Shown piece after piece: positions 11,648 to 25,469 of a stretch of 64,000 nucleotides of DNA. The number at the start of each line of letters is the position of its first letter. Positions within the stretch are counted from its first letter, which is position 1. Origin of the DNA: Peribolospora baueri (lineage: Eukaryota); NCBI GenBank assembly GCA_029717555.1, contig JAMDHS010000020.1:1-64000 (forward strand), written 5' to 3'. The notes below the pieces were generated by a model. That model was not told the origin of the DNA. It did no database searches and saw only the letters and a program-made list of their open reading frames with translations. The position numbers and the translations under genes are program-made.

Positions 11648-14600
11648 TCATAGCAGAGAACCTTTCCGGGTGATCGCGGTTGTTTTCTTGGGTCTGGAAA
11701 CAGGCATGGCTTGGATGCCTCGCCTGCTGCCACCGATGGTAGTGGGCGACCGGCCAAGTGTCGTTTGCCGAGAAGTCGAGGCGGGGGCTTGCCCCGTATA
11801 GGCGAATGCCTGAAGGTCAAGAGGAGCGACTTCAGCCGGACATGGACGGGTTCGGGACAAGGTCGGGCGAACGGGTCGATAGTCGCCGTCATCGTCGTCG
11901 TCGTCGCCGTCGAATCCGAACGGTTCGGGATCCAGCGGGCAGACTTCAGCAGAGATCGGACGAGGTCGAGCTTCTGAGCGCGTCTTTTGATGCGCCGTTG
12001 TCGTTTCGTAAGAGTCGTCATCGAAGTCAATGAAGCTGACGTCCGGACCGTCCACCCTGTTGACAGCCGCCACCCGCTTCTTCGGCGCCGTGTCCTTCGA
12101 GCTACTGGATCTGGATGGCCGAGAAACGGCCATGACAATGTGTTTTTGACCTTCCAAGACGTTCTTGTAAAATTTGCCCAGCTAAAGGAGTTTTGAAGAG
12201 GCATCGGGATGGCGTCCGTTAAGGGGTAAGAATCTCTCCGCCCTGAGGCACATCGGCCTGGTTCAATAGCTCACCTTAATGTAGCTGTTAACAAACTGCA
12301 TCTGATTGACGACGCATTTCTCCCCGAGCACGTTCTCGACGACCAAGAGCTGGAAGAGCCTCTCAATGTCGCCTCGATTCATACGCTGACCTCTGCCAAA
12401 GAAAGGGCTCCGGTCGTGACCCCGGTCGCTGATTTTCTTCTGCTTCGCACCCCTGTACACGTCGACGCAGTGTAGCATTGTGACTTGGTCATGGTGAAGC
12501 TCTTGAACCAGCTTGATCACTTCGGTAGCCTCCGCTGTTACGTCCTTCGTGATAACAGCCTCATTCGCGAGGCAGTTGTCGCACGTCTTGTGACATTCGT
12601 CTCCGGTGAAGATCTCACCGAAATATTGCAGGACTTGAGTTCTCCGGCAGTCGGTATTGTTCATGCAGAATTGGATGACCTGACGAAGGTTACTGCGTTG
12701 CCGCTCCTTCTGTTCCCACGTGCCTTCGCCCTTATCGATGAGCCGATTGATCATCTTCGTGTCGCTATACGCATAGTACAGGACGCAGACCGAGCTTTTA
12801 CCGTCCCTGCCAGCACGTCCAGTTTCTTGGTAGTAAGACTCGAGCGACTGAGGTAGAGAGTAGTGGATGACGAAGCGAACTGGCAAGAAAACACAAGACC
12901 GACAGGGAAAGGGTCAAACCATCGATGTGCCTGAGTGTTTACATGACATTTCGACTCACCATCGCCCTTGTCGATACCCATACCAAATGCGATTGTAGCG
13001 ACAATGACTTGAAACTTGTTCTCCTGCCAGGCTTCTTGGATGTGCTGACGGTCGTCTTTGCTAAGGCCAGCATGGTAGTGCTGTGCGGTCACCTTGTAGT
13101 CCTTGCGAAGTTTCTCGGCCACATCCTCGCAGCTCTTCTTGCTAAGACAATAGATAATCCCGCACTCGCCAGCGTGTTGCGCCGCGATGAACTGATGGAT
13201 ATCGGAGAGGATTGTCTTCGATTTGGGGCGCACCTCGTAATGCAGGTTGGCACGGTTGAATGACTGCGTCAAGATCACGCAGCCTTTAATGCGCAGGTTC
13301 GCAATGACGTCGTTCTTGACCATGTTGTTAGCAGTGGCCGTCAGCGCCATGAAAGGCACCCCTGGATACTCGCTCCGCAGCGAGCCGAGCTCCTTGTAGT
13401 CTGGCCGGAAGTCATGTCCCCATTGACTGACACAATGCGCTTCGTCGATCACAAATCGGGCGAGGCGCTTGCGATGATGCAGTTCGCGTAGGATGCTTTT
13501 GGCGATCCCTGATTTGGACAGCATCTCTGGGGTGACGTACAATAGCTTCGTCTTTGGTTCGAGTTGACGGAGCTCGGAAATTGCGAAATTCCTACTGGCT
13601 GCTGACATGGTACCGCTGAAGGACAACGTAGGGACGTCAAGCGCGAGAAGATTCTGCACTTGGTCTTGAATGAGCGAAATGAGGGGCGAAACTACGACAG
13701 TGACGCCTCTTGTCGTACCGCTACTGACGACTGCTGGAAGCTGGGCACGGAACAACGGAGATATCAATATTTGTGGCAACACAGGCGTGCTGAGCATCGA
13801 CGATCTTGGCACACCTTACCTGATAGCATAAGCTCTTTCCACCGCCGGTCGGCATCAAGCAGAAGACGTCCTTGCCGCCGAGCGTCGCATTGATTGCCTC
13901 GAGTTGGTTGTGCCGGAAGGCCTGCAGGTGAAAGGTCTGGCGAAGCGCCTTTGCAACGTCCTTCGACCAGGGAAAGTTCATTTGCTCCCTTGCCTTCACA
14001 GGCATCTTGTGACGAACCAAAGTTGGCGAACTTCCAGCGGTAAATGAAGCCACTTCCCTTCCACGCTCCAAGTCAGCCGGAGGCGAGAGACGCAGGATCG
14101 GCTGCGCCGGTGCCACCGTGGGAGTAAAAACCGTCTTCGGGGCCGGCATAACCTCCTCCACCATATCCTCCTCAAACATACCCTCTCCAGCCAATGATGA
14201 GGCGGTTCTGGAAACGGCCTTTGCCACTCCTCCTGTTGACATCGCCGCATCTGCCGCCCGTGTCCCTCCAATTGAAGGAGAGGCAGGAGCAGAGGCAAAG
14301 GGTTCGTTCGAAGGCGAACGGGACGATGAGGTTGGGGCGGGAACGTCTGATTGCTCCGAAAGCCCCGCTAGCGCGGACGATGCGGCCGAAGACGAGCGAG
14401 CCTTGATCGCCGCTTTGAGCTGCAAAATGCGTTCAGTGAGAAATGCCCTGTGCAAAACAAGATATGGGAGTTTGAAATGGTGAGTATAAGGGATGGCAGA
14501 ATAAACATTGCGTGGACGAGCAGGAGAGCTCACTTCTGACTTCGGAGATATGCGGGGTCAATCAGAAGCACTGCCGATGGTCCTTCCTCAGCAATCGCCA

Positions 14601-15522
14601 TCAATTTCTCCATGACCTCGTCCTTACTCTCTAGGTTGAAGCGGAGAAGTTCCTTCAGTTGCTCGACGGATTTCTGCTCATGGGAGTAGAGTCAATAAGA
14701 AAGAATACTGTCAAGCAGGCCCCATTGTTTAGCGTCACTCTGCCCGCTACGCACTCCTTCCAAATCATCATCAATCGCTTTTTGCTTTCCTCTGCCTACA
14801 GCCAATGGAGCAGGTGGCGGTAAGGATATTCTTCCCCTGCCAGCTCCTTCGCTACCTGAGGACGGCTCCACCGTCTTCGTCCGTTTTGCGGGGCTGAAAG
14901 GGCCGACGGCCCCGCCAACGGAGTCCTTTTCAGCTTGAGGAGACTGGCGTTTCATCGGCGGCGCAACTAGCCGTACGGGATCCAATTCAGACAAGGCTGT
15001 TCGCCCTTGAGTTAGTTCCGTTGAGGTGGGAAAGACAGCAAGTAGAGCAACACAACACCAAGAAGCTCGACGTCAGTGTGGTGCACTCGATATTTGGAAA
15101 GACAACGCAGCTTCTCATGGAAGACCATGGAACGCACCCGCCTGAAAGCTCTTCGCAATGCCAAAGTCGTGTTCCTTAGGTCGCCTGAACTTGGAAGGAG
15201 TACCTATCTGCCCATCAACGTCAATCGCAGGGATGCCGCTGCTCTCGTCCTTGCGCTTTGGCGGAGCGCGTGCGGACGAAGAGGCCGACACAGTCGCAGA
15301 AAGATGCAAGGCGCCGCTTCTAAACTTAAAGCCGCCCTGTGCAATGAAATGAGCCAAGCGGACGTTCAATGTATGCTCATCCAAAATGTGGTGTCAGAGC
15401 TGATCTCTACTCACTGGCGTGGGGAGGGCTCCGCTGACGGTGGGAGCGGCAGGAGCCGGAGCCCCACCTGACTGAAGCCGCCTGAGCTGATCAGCAAGGT
15501 TGTTTTTGGGCTGGGCCTGCAT
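11648..15522 (-). CDS. SGS1: RecQ-family DNA helicase (Sgs1/BLM-like)
   Basis: [83 protein letters not shown] zinc motif CRR..C..CDNC and winged helix; start MQAQPKNNL at 15522. Confidence 0.95.
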
Positions 15523-15757
15523 TTTGCGAAGCGAAAGGAGGCAACCTCCGCGCGCGGCGGTTTGAAGATGCTGATGAAAAGTGCCCGGCTGAAGCCAACG
15601 CGAGGATGCGCGCCTCAATGACACGCATCACGTGCGCCGTGTTAACGCGACTGCGGCCCATGAGTACCGCAGCGTTTCTCCACTGCGTTGCCTTCCCTCC
15701 GTGCTCCTGATCCGCTCCTAGCCACCTACCTCACTTCGGCCCAAGCCCCTCCTCGTC

Positions 15758-17543
15758 ATGGCCGCCCAGGATCCTTCCTCGGCTTCCACATCTAAACATG
15801 TCATTGACGGAGACGTGAGCGGTGACGTATCATCTTTAAGCTCTTCGGGGGCAGCAACATTCGCGTCCTTGGGCGTCAACGAGCAGCTCTGCGAGGCTTG
15901 CGCTCAGGTCGGCTTTAAGGCCCCCACGGATATTCAAAAGGAGGCCATACCTTGGGCCCTGCAGGGAAGGGATGTAATCGGACTTGCGCAGACGGGCTCC
16001 GGAAAGACGGCGGCGTTTGCGCTGCCGATTCTTCAGGCCCTTTGGGACAACCCGAAACCTCTATTTGCATGTGTTCTTGCTCCGACAAGGTATGGCAGTG
16101 CTGTTTTGCATCACAGCGTTTGGCATCGCCGACGGTTGGCTAAGGTCTCTATGTAATATTTGGTCTTCTCCTCGTCAGGGAACTTGCGTACCAAATATCG
16201 GAACAATTCGAGGCTCTTGGTTCGACAATTGGGGCGCGGTGCACGGTGATCGTCGGCGGTATGGACATGATGTCCCAGGCCATCGCTCTCTCCAAACGTC
16301 CACACGTCGTCGTTGCCACGCCAGGGCGCCTCCAGGATCACCTTGAAAATACTAAGGGCTTCAGCTTGAGGAGCATCAAATACCTGGTAAGTTCTCTGTG
16401 GTCTCGACTGTGGGCCGTTCTCCTCTTTTGGTTGTGATGCGAATATTCATATTGTCCTTGGCCTTTATCGGCAGGTCATGGACGAGGCCGACCGCTTGCT
16501 CGACATGGACTTTGGCCCTATCATCGACAAGCTATTAAAGGTCCTTCCACGAGAGCGCAATACTTTTTTGTTCTCAGCAACTATGACGACCAAAGTGGCT
16601 AAGCTGCAGCGAGCGTCGCTTTCGAATCCTGTAAAGGTGGAGGTGTCGACGAAGTGAGCCAGTCCCTTCCTAACCACGATATTGTATTCTTTTGAACGTT
16701 ACTTTGCTGACCTTGTCTTTTCTTACTGACGTCCGTGTCTAGATACTCGACGGTCTCCACCCTCCTCCAGTACTATCTTTTCTTCCCGTTCAAGCACAAG
16801 GATGCCCATCTCGTTTACCTTGCTAACGAGATGGTTGGCAACTCCATCATCATTTTCACTCGCACCGTCCACGATGCGCAGCGAATATCCATCGTCCTTC
16901 GGACGTTGGGATTCCCTGCCATACCACTCCACGGCCAATTGAGCCAGTCGAGCCGGTTGGGCGCCCTGAACAAGTTTAAGAGCGGCGGTCGGAGTATCCT
17001 CGTTGCGACGGATGTGGCGAGTCGGTGAGTTTGCCGTCATCGTTTTGCAGGGCCAATCGGTAGATTCGCTGACAGTGTGCGTGGCTACGGTACTCGCATT
17101 CCCCTCTCTTTCTTCGCAGAGGTCTCGACATTCCTCTTGTCGACTTGGTCGTGAACTACGACATCCCGACGCACTCAAAGGACTATATCCACCGAGTTGG
17201 GCGAACGGCGCGCGCAGGAAGGGCAGGCAAGTCGGTCACGCTGGTCACCCAGTATGACGTCGAGCTCCTGCAACGCATCGAAAGCGTCATCGGCAAGAAG
17301 ATGGACGAGTTTCCAGTAGATCGAGAAGGAGTGATGTTGTTGAGCGAACGAGTGAGCGAGGCACAACGGGTCGCCGTTGCCGAGCTGAGAGAGAACGGTG
17401 TGGGCGGTTCTGGCGCCAATCAGCGGAAGCGAAAGCGGAATCAGGGTGCAATGGGCGACAAGGATGATCAGGATAGGGACGATGACGAAGTTGCGGCAGG
17501 TATTCCTCAGAAGGTGAAGAAGAAGGGTGGGAGAACACGCTAG
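15758..17543 (+). CDS. RRP3: DEAD-box RNA helicase RRP3/DDX47
   Basis: [77 protein letters not shown]. Confidence 0.96.
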
Positions 17544-18690
17544 CCTATCGTGCTTGCTAGTCTCCTGTTGGCCTCTTGAGAATGTAACGGCATTCATCAC
17601 GTTTATGACAACACGAACAAGGTCGTGTGGATGCTTTTCCCCATTTTTTCAAGCAGCTCTCGACAGCAGCGCGGAGAAGCAAACGACTCCTCGTTTCAAC
17701 GATGTCCAGCCTAGGGCATGTGAGGGCCTCGCGATGGATGGTCAGAATCCTTAAGTACTCAATCCGATGGGGAACGAGGTTGACGAAGAAGCGGACCGGT
17801 GACGGGAGAACAGCAGCACCCCCAGCTTGCTTGCTGCCCAAAGTGGACATCCATCTCCATGTCTCATTCAACAAGTCCTTCTTAAACTTGAACTTGTCTT
17901 CCTTTTTCTATGCTCGCTCATTGCCCGGCCTTCTTCAGCGATTCTCCAGCGATTCTCCTGGCTTGTCTTTTTTCTTCTTCCTTCTCCCCTTGTCCTCCGC
18001 GTTTAGCACTCCTCTCCTCTCCTTTCAAAAGGGCCACCATCGTCTGTCAAACCGCTATCAATGTCTCCAGCGAAACCTTGACCCCACCGCCTCCGCGGCC
18101 CTCGCATCGCTCCCGAACGGCAGCTCGAGACAGGACGTTTACGCAGCGGGAGTTAAACTTCGGTTATGTAGACGTTGCCCACGATTAGAAATTAGCGGAC
18201 GAGTCGGCGACGGCAACGAGATCCGACTGCAGCTACCTTAGAATGGTTGCGTGAGGCAGGCGATCCCCCTTGACAAAACTCACCACTTCCGTCCAGTCTA
18301 GACATCCTCCGCTCCACCATATCGACGAGGCTCAAAGGAGGCCTTTTGATCAACTTCAGTCTTAGACGTCAATGGCACAAAGGGCTCGACAATCAAGCGA
18401 GCGCGTGATAAACTGGGACAAACTGCAATCGGTGGTCTGCTTCCATGACAGTTCTCCAACACATCTAGGGTGCTGTCCGCGCAGGAGCAGGACGACGATG
18501 GCAATGGCGCGCACTCGGCCGACCGGCGCTTCATTGACATATGTAGGGTCATATTGTCCCGACTAGCTCCCCACTTGGGATTGACATATAAGGGGAACGG
18601 CACCCGCGTCCATCACTCAAGAGCATACACGAAGGCGGTTCCACAGAACAAAGAGAATCGAGGGATCTCTCCTCGCCCAAACGTGGAGAC

Positions 18691-19587
18691 TTACCTGTTC
18701 GTATATCCATTTCGCATCCGCCTTCCAAAGTCCTCAAGCAGTTTACCGTCCAACAGCTCTTTGACCCTGGTTGGATCGCGACTGACACACGTAGCCCCAT
18801 CTCCACTGGAATAGGCAAATTCCAACTCTCCCCCACTGGGGATACCTGCTGCATCTGTCGGCACGGTCGTCCCTCCGTTGGAAAACGAGCCGAAAGCTCT
18901 AGGGTGAATGCCGAGCTCTTCCGCGTTTATATCATTTAATGGGTATCTTGCAGGAGCATTCGGGAGGTCGGGAGGGTTGTGAGTCGGCGGAAGCCGGGTA
19001 TATGAGCACTTTCCGCCAGAGCTTACCGCTTTCTGGGTTGTATAGAACACGTTCACGGATTTTGTGTGCATAGACGAGAGTCCTTGAAGGTGCAAGAGGT
19101 GAAGATGACGAGGATCCAAGCCACCCTTTTTAAGCGCAGTGGCGGAGTTGCCTTCAGAGAACAGGGACGAGATAGGAGGTCCGATAGACACAAGATGTGG
19201 GAGATATTGGAGACGCCGAGGGATTCGCGAGTTTTGTCTTATCACAAGGGTAGAAGACGTCTCCGATTGGTCCTGGCCCGAACCGACCTCTTCGGGGCAG
19301 TTTGCGTCGAGGCGGACTGTAGCATCATGACATTGAGAACACGTTAGACAGACCAGGCGAGATGAGTTCAACTTAAGAGCCGTTTTCGGGTAGACCTCTT
19401 CGGGGTTTTGCGTTGTCAAAATGGCCATTGACCGTCGTTGGATCGTAGTGGTCTTAATGCCTTTGTGCTCGCACCTTCGCATTTTTAGCCTGCAGGATAT
19501 GGTTGCGGTTGGAAAGGGAAGAGGACGTACGCTGCTACAGCGATTTGCTACAACAATGAGATTGCAGCATAGGAAGCTCGTCGTCAC
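18691..19587 (-). other. Orphan 298-codon ORF (hypothetical or decaying gene)
   Basis: Long open frame in an otherwise empty 2-kb gap, ending at a GTAAGT donor-like site; no recognisable motif. Confidence 0.3.
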
Positions 19588-19607
19588 CTACTCCACTCCG
19601 ACAGGAT

Positions 19608-21789
19608 TTACAGCTCGTCTCTGATCTTCTCTTTAACCTCATGGACTTTATCGGCCGCGTCGCTCGCCATCTCTTCCACGAAGGAAGCCAGGATGTTGGC
19701 GCGCCTCTAAAAAACGTTTAACGAGAATTAGGACAGGAATGAGCCCAGGACCATCATAAGTGGCTCAATTTCGACTCAAGACACCACTCGCCTTCAACTC
19801 GTCCATCTTCTGACCAGTCAAGGTCTGAGCGCCGCCCTTCGTGTTCTTCTCGATCAGCTTGGTGAGCCTCGCCGACTCCTTTCGCACATAGTCGGATGCG
19901 TTGTTAAGCTTGTTCACTGCGAGAAGAGCGGAGAGAGTCATTTTGAGCGTTCTACAATGCAAAGGATCCGTTGTTACTCACTCGCTCTGACATAGTAGGC
20001 GGCAGCCTGTTCCGACACGGGCGTGTCCGGCGAGAAGAAAGCGACGTATTGAGTAGCCTCCTCGAGAATGGCAGGTCGGTCAGACTCTGCCGCGTTATAG
20101 AACTTGGCAGCAAGGCTATCAAGGGAAGAAATGCGACCCGCCTGGAAATATAATCGTGCTCACATCAGTAAAGAGCATATGTATTCCAGAACTGCAAAGA
20201 GGCCAGACACTCTGTGCGACACTTACACGGTCGCTCAACATGCCACCCGGCAGACGGGAAGTGCCGCACTTCTCGTTCAAGAACTGAATGAAATCCTCCT
20301 CAGATCGGCCCATCGTGTAATCTTCTGGCTTCTTATCGGATCCCTTCGGGAAAAATTTGATGGTCGGGAAAGATGAGACGCCGTAGGCTCCCGCGATACC
20401 CTTGTTCTCGGCAGCATCGGCGTTCATCTGGGCAACCACGCACTGGAAACGAGACAGGGGTGTACCAGATGGTTGAGCACACAGGCTGCCATCGAATAAT
20501 CATGTATAGAGACCAAAACACCTACGTTGTCATCACGCTCAAAGTCCTTGGCAACGGCTTCATAGATCGGTGCCAGTCTCTTGCAGTGTCCGCACTGCAG
20601 AACAAAGTAGAATGGTCGGCTCCACGGCCGCTTCATACGCGACGCCCAAGACCAGGCGTACTCACCCAAGGCTGTTTCGAGGGCGGTGGGAAGGACAACA
20701 AGGCGAACGTCAATACTGCCAAATATTTTGGAGACTACATATTACTTACCGCGTAGAACTATGAGTTGAAAACGTGATGGCGGACATGGGAGCCAAGGAA
20801 GGTCGAACAACAATTGAGCGTGACGAACAGACAGGTTCGAATTGTAAAGATAAGCGTCGTATGCAGTCTTGTCTCACCTCCACGAGCACGTTCTTGTTCG
20901 CATCCTTCACAACCTGGTCGAAGTTGGTCGAGTCCAGTTGAACAGCGACAGGAGGAGGGGGAGGCTTGATGTTACTCTTAACGCCGGACTTCTCGGTGAC
21001 GCTTAAACCGAAGGACCCAAGACAGATGGCACGCGTGAGCCGGCGAGTGCGGATAAAGGCCGTATACATGAATGCACAAATGGAAAGGGAAGGAGGGCTT
21101 ACAAGTTTACCAGGGAGTCAAGGTCGCGGGCGGAGTTGTAAGGCTCAGGAGACTTGGATTCTCCAGCCGGGAACCACTTCAAAGCTGGAAGTATAAAACA
21201 ACGATGGGACACATGAGTAAAGTTGTGCTCCGGTATCCGAATGAACCAGCCTCGATATCCGTCCACTAACTGGGGAAGCCTTGAACTCCATAACGACTGC
21301 CGAGACTCTTCGAGTGATCCGCATCAACCTTGGCTGCAAATGACAGACTAGTTAGCCAAACGCTCTATGTGCACTATGAGCAAGCGCTTTGAGCAACCGG
21401 GCTCTCACCAATGATGACCTTGTCCTTCGCATGCTCAAAAGCGGAACCCAGCTCCTCGTAGACCGGGGCCAAGTTCTAAATGGCGAGCACAAGCACGATG
21501 ATGAGCTATGAGATGTCGAACGTCACCGATCCAGGAGCAACAGCACCGCCCACCTTGCAGTGCCCACACCAAGGCGCGAAGAACTGTGGCAGAAGTCGCA
21601 ATGAGACGAGGACCGATACTGAGCCCCCACTTCGTCTCGATGAGTTTCGACAGCACCTACCTCCACGAGAGCGGGCCTGTCCTTGCCGATGGCGGCGTCG
21701 AAGAGCTTCTCGTCGGTGAGGTCGAGCACGTTGCCAGCGGCAGCCAGGGCCACGGAAGAGGCTAAACAGAGCACGGAGAAGAGCCGCAT
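19608..21789 (-). CDS. Protein disulfide isomerase, TigA/ERp38 (PDIA6-like): two thioredoxin domains plus ERp29-type C-terminus
   Basis: Signal peptide MRLFSVLCLASSVALAAA; FFAPWCGHCK; second site FYA|PW|CGHCK split over micro-exons; GVSSFPTIKFFPKG; RANILASF; C-terminal RDEL then TAA. Confidence 0.93.
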
Positions 21790-22034
21790 GTCGTTCAGGG
21801 GCTTGGAATGTGTGGCTTGTGGGTTTGTTCTTTCAGAAGGACGGGAGGTCGATGTGCTGGTCGCGGCCACGACCACGCTCGCAGACGGTCAAAGGCGGAG
21901 GTGAGATCGCAACATCGGATACTCGGTTCGAGAGGTCGGTAAGAAATTATTCCTTGCGCTCCACATAAATACATAGGCCATCGCGGACCAACTTATGTAA
22001 CAAGCATCGCAGCTTCGTTCGAGATTCTACTTAT

Positions 22035-23764
<1,730 letters not shown>

Positions 23765-23851
23765 GGTTGAACTTCTGTTCGTCTGGATGCAAGGGAGGAC
23801 TTGCAGGCGATGCCCAAGCAAACGGCCCCTCAACACTCCTCTCTGCCCGCC

Positions 23852-23859
23852 TTTATATA
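23852..23859 (-). promoter_or_regulatory. TATA box of the SDR gene
   Basis: TATATAAA on the minus strand about 90 nt upstream of the inferred start. Confidence 0.5.
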
Positions 23860-24067
23860 TTCCACCAGCGAGTAACTGCTGACCACCCGCTTGCGTCCCA
23901 ATCGGTGATCGGTCCGGGACGGGCCACGTGGCTCGACGGATTACGACGCGCGGCTTTGCTTGCTGACGGCGGTGACGGCGGAGAGACTTCGACGTCATCG
24001 GCGACGACGACCACCGATCGATCCTTCCTTTGGTCTACGATTCCACTCCACCGTTCGCAAGTGCAAC

Positions 24068-25190
24068 ATGTCAAACGCGGCCGAACAGAGCCCACCGGCG
24101 GACGGCTCGCCGGCTGAAGAGGTCAAGGTGTTCAAGGCCCCCTCCGGCGCTTCGTCTTCATACACACCTAGTGAGCACGCCTGTGGCGTCTATCCCTAAA
24201 ATTACGCAGATGGAAGACCCCCCGGTGCTTTCATTGATTTTGGCGCTGAGTTCAGTCAGGACATTTTGGCGTGGCAACTGCAGATGACCTCCCCGACTCC
24301 TTCTATCAGCCAACCGCCGCCGAGCTCAGGGTGGCCGCCGCGTCGGCCAAGAAGTTGAGGGAGAGCGTGCACGATGGGCCGCTCATGACCAGAGCCATGC
24401 GCGAGCGCGAGGAGTCTAAAAAGCCCAAGAAGACTTGGCCAACGGTGAGCAGAACGGAATTATGCGATCTTCTCACTTGCACACTCAGCGACGGACGCTT
24501 AGACAGGCCACATCGCATTCTTCGCAACTATACTTGGCCCTCCCCAGGCCCGTATTCGCGTTCGCTTTGCCGACCGCTCCCAGATCGAGCGCACTTTCCA
24601 ATCCACCGAAACCATTTCTGCCATTTACGACTTTGTTCGCCAATCGCTTGACCCCTCTTACACTGAGAAAGCCTTTACGCTTTGTGCGTTCGCCTCTCGC
24701 CACGTTACCCCCACATACGACACTTTTCGTCGCAGTTGACCGTTTCCGCCGTCCTTCCTTGTGCTCCAACCAGATCAATCGCCACCTCGTCGGGACTTTC
24801 GAGAAAACGATCCGAAAGTGTCGTCCCTCTCGCTCGCCCAGCTCCAGTTTGCACCTTCATCTGTGCTGTCCATCCGCTTCGACGACGAGCGTATGAATCG
24901 TACGTGTCCCCGCTCCGTCGACCAGCGCCTGACTGTGACACATGCTAGTGGATGGACAAAGTTGGCTAACCGCTCGCTCCGTCTCGTTTCCAGTCTCCGG
25001 CGCGCCTTCCCCGCTCGCTTCCTCGCTACAGGCCAAAGCAGAGGAACTTCCGCCACCGAAGACGTTCGATACCCCTCTCGAAGCCGAATCCCCCGGCGCT
25101 GGGACCGAAGGCAAGGAAGGGAGCCGAGAGCCGAGAAAAGTGCTGCCGAAGTGGCTCAAGGGACTTCACAGTAAGGTTCCTTTTCCTTGA
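24068..25190 (+). CDS. UBX-domain protein, TUG/ASPSCR1/Ubx4-like (short form)
   Basis: DLPDSFYQPTAAEL, PLMTRAMRERE, RIRVRFADRSQIERTF..ETISAIYDFVRQSL, LQFAPSSVLSIRF, C-terminal PKWLKG. Last exon boundary uncertain. Confidence 0.82.
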
Positions 25191-25469
25191 CACGTGACAG
25201 CTTGATAACGACGCCGTGGAGACGTCGTCCAAAGATTGACAAAGTTTTGGTCTGTTCAACGCAGAGAAATGAGATCAAAGCGTCTTTCCGAACTATCCTT
25301 TGTCATTTGTATTGGTACCCTTCACACGCTACCCCTTTGCATCGCAATCGATCTTCCGTTCCATTCAATATGGCAATAGTATCATTAAGAGCCGTTCTCA
25401 TCCGCGGTACTGGAAGAAACATTGCAAACAGGAGAACGAGTTCACACCCTGATCGAAATCAAGAATCGG

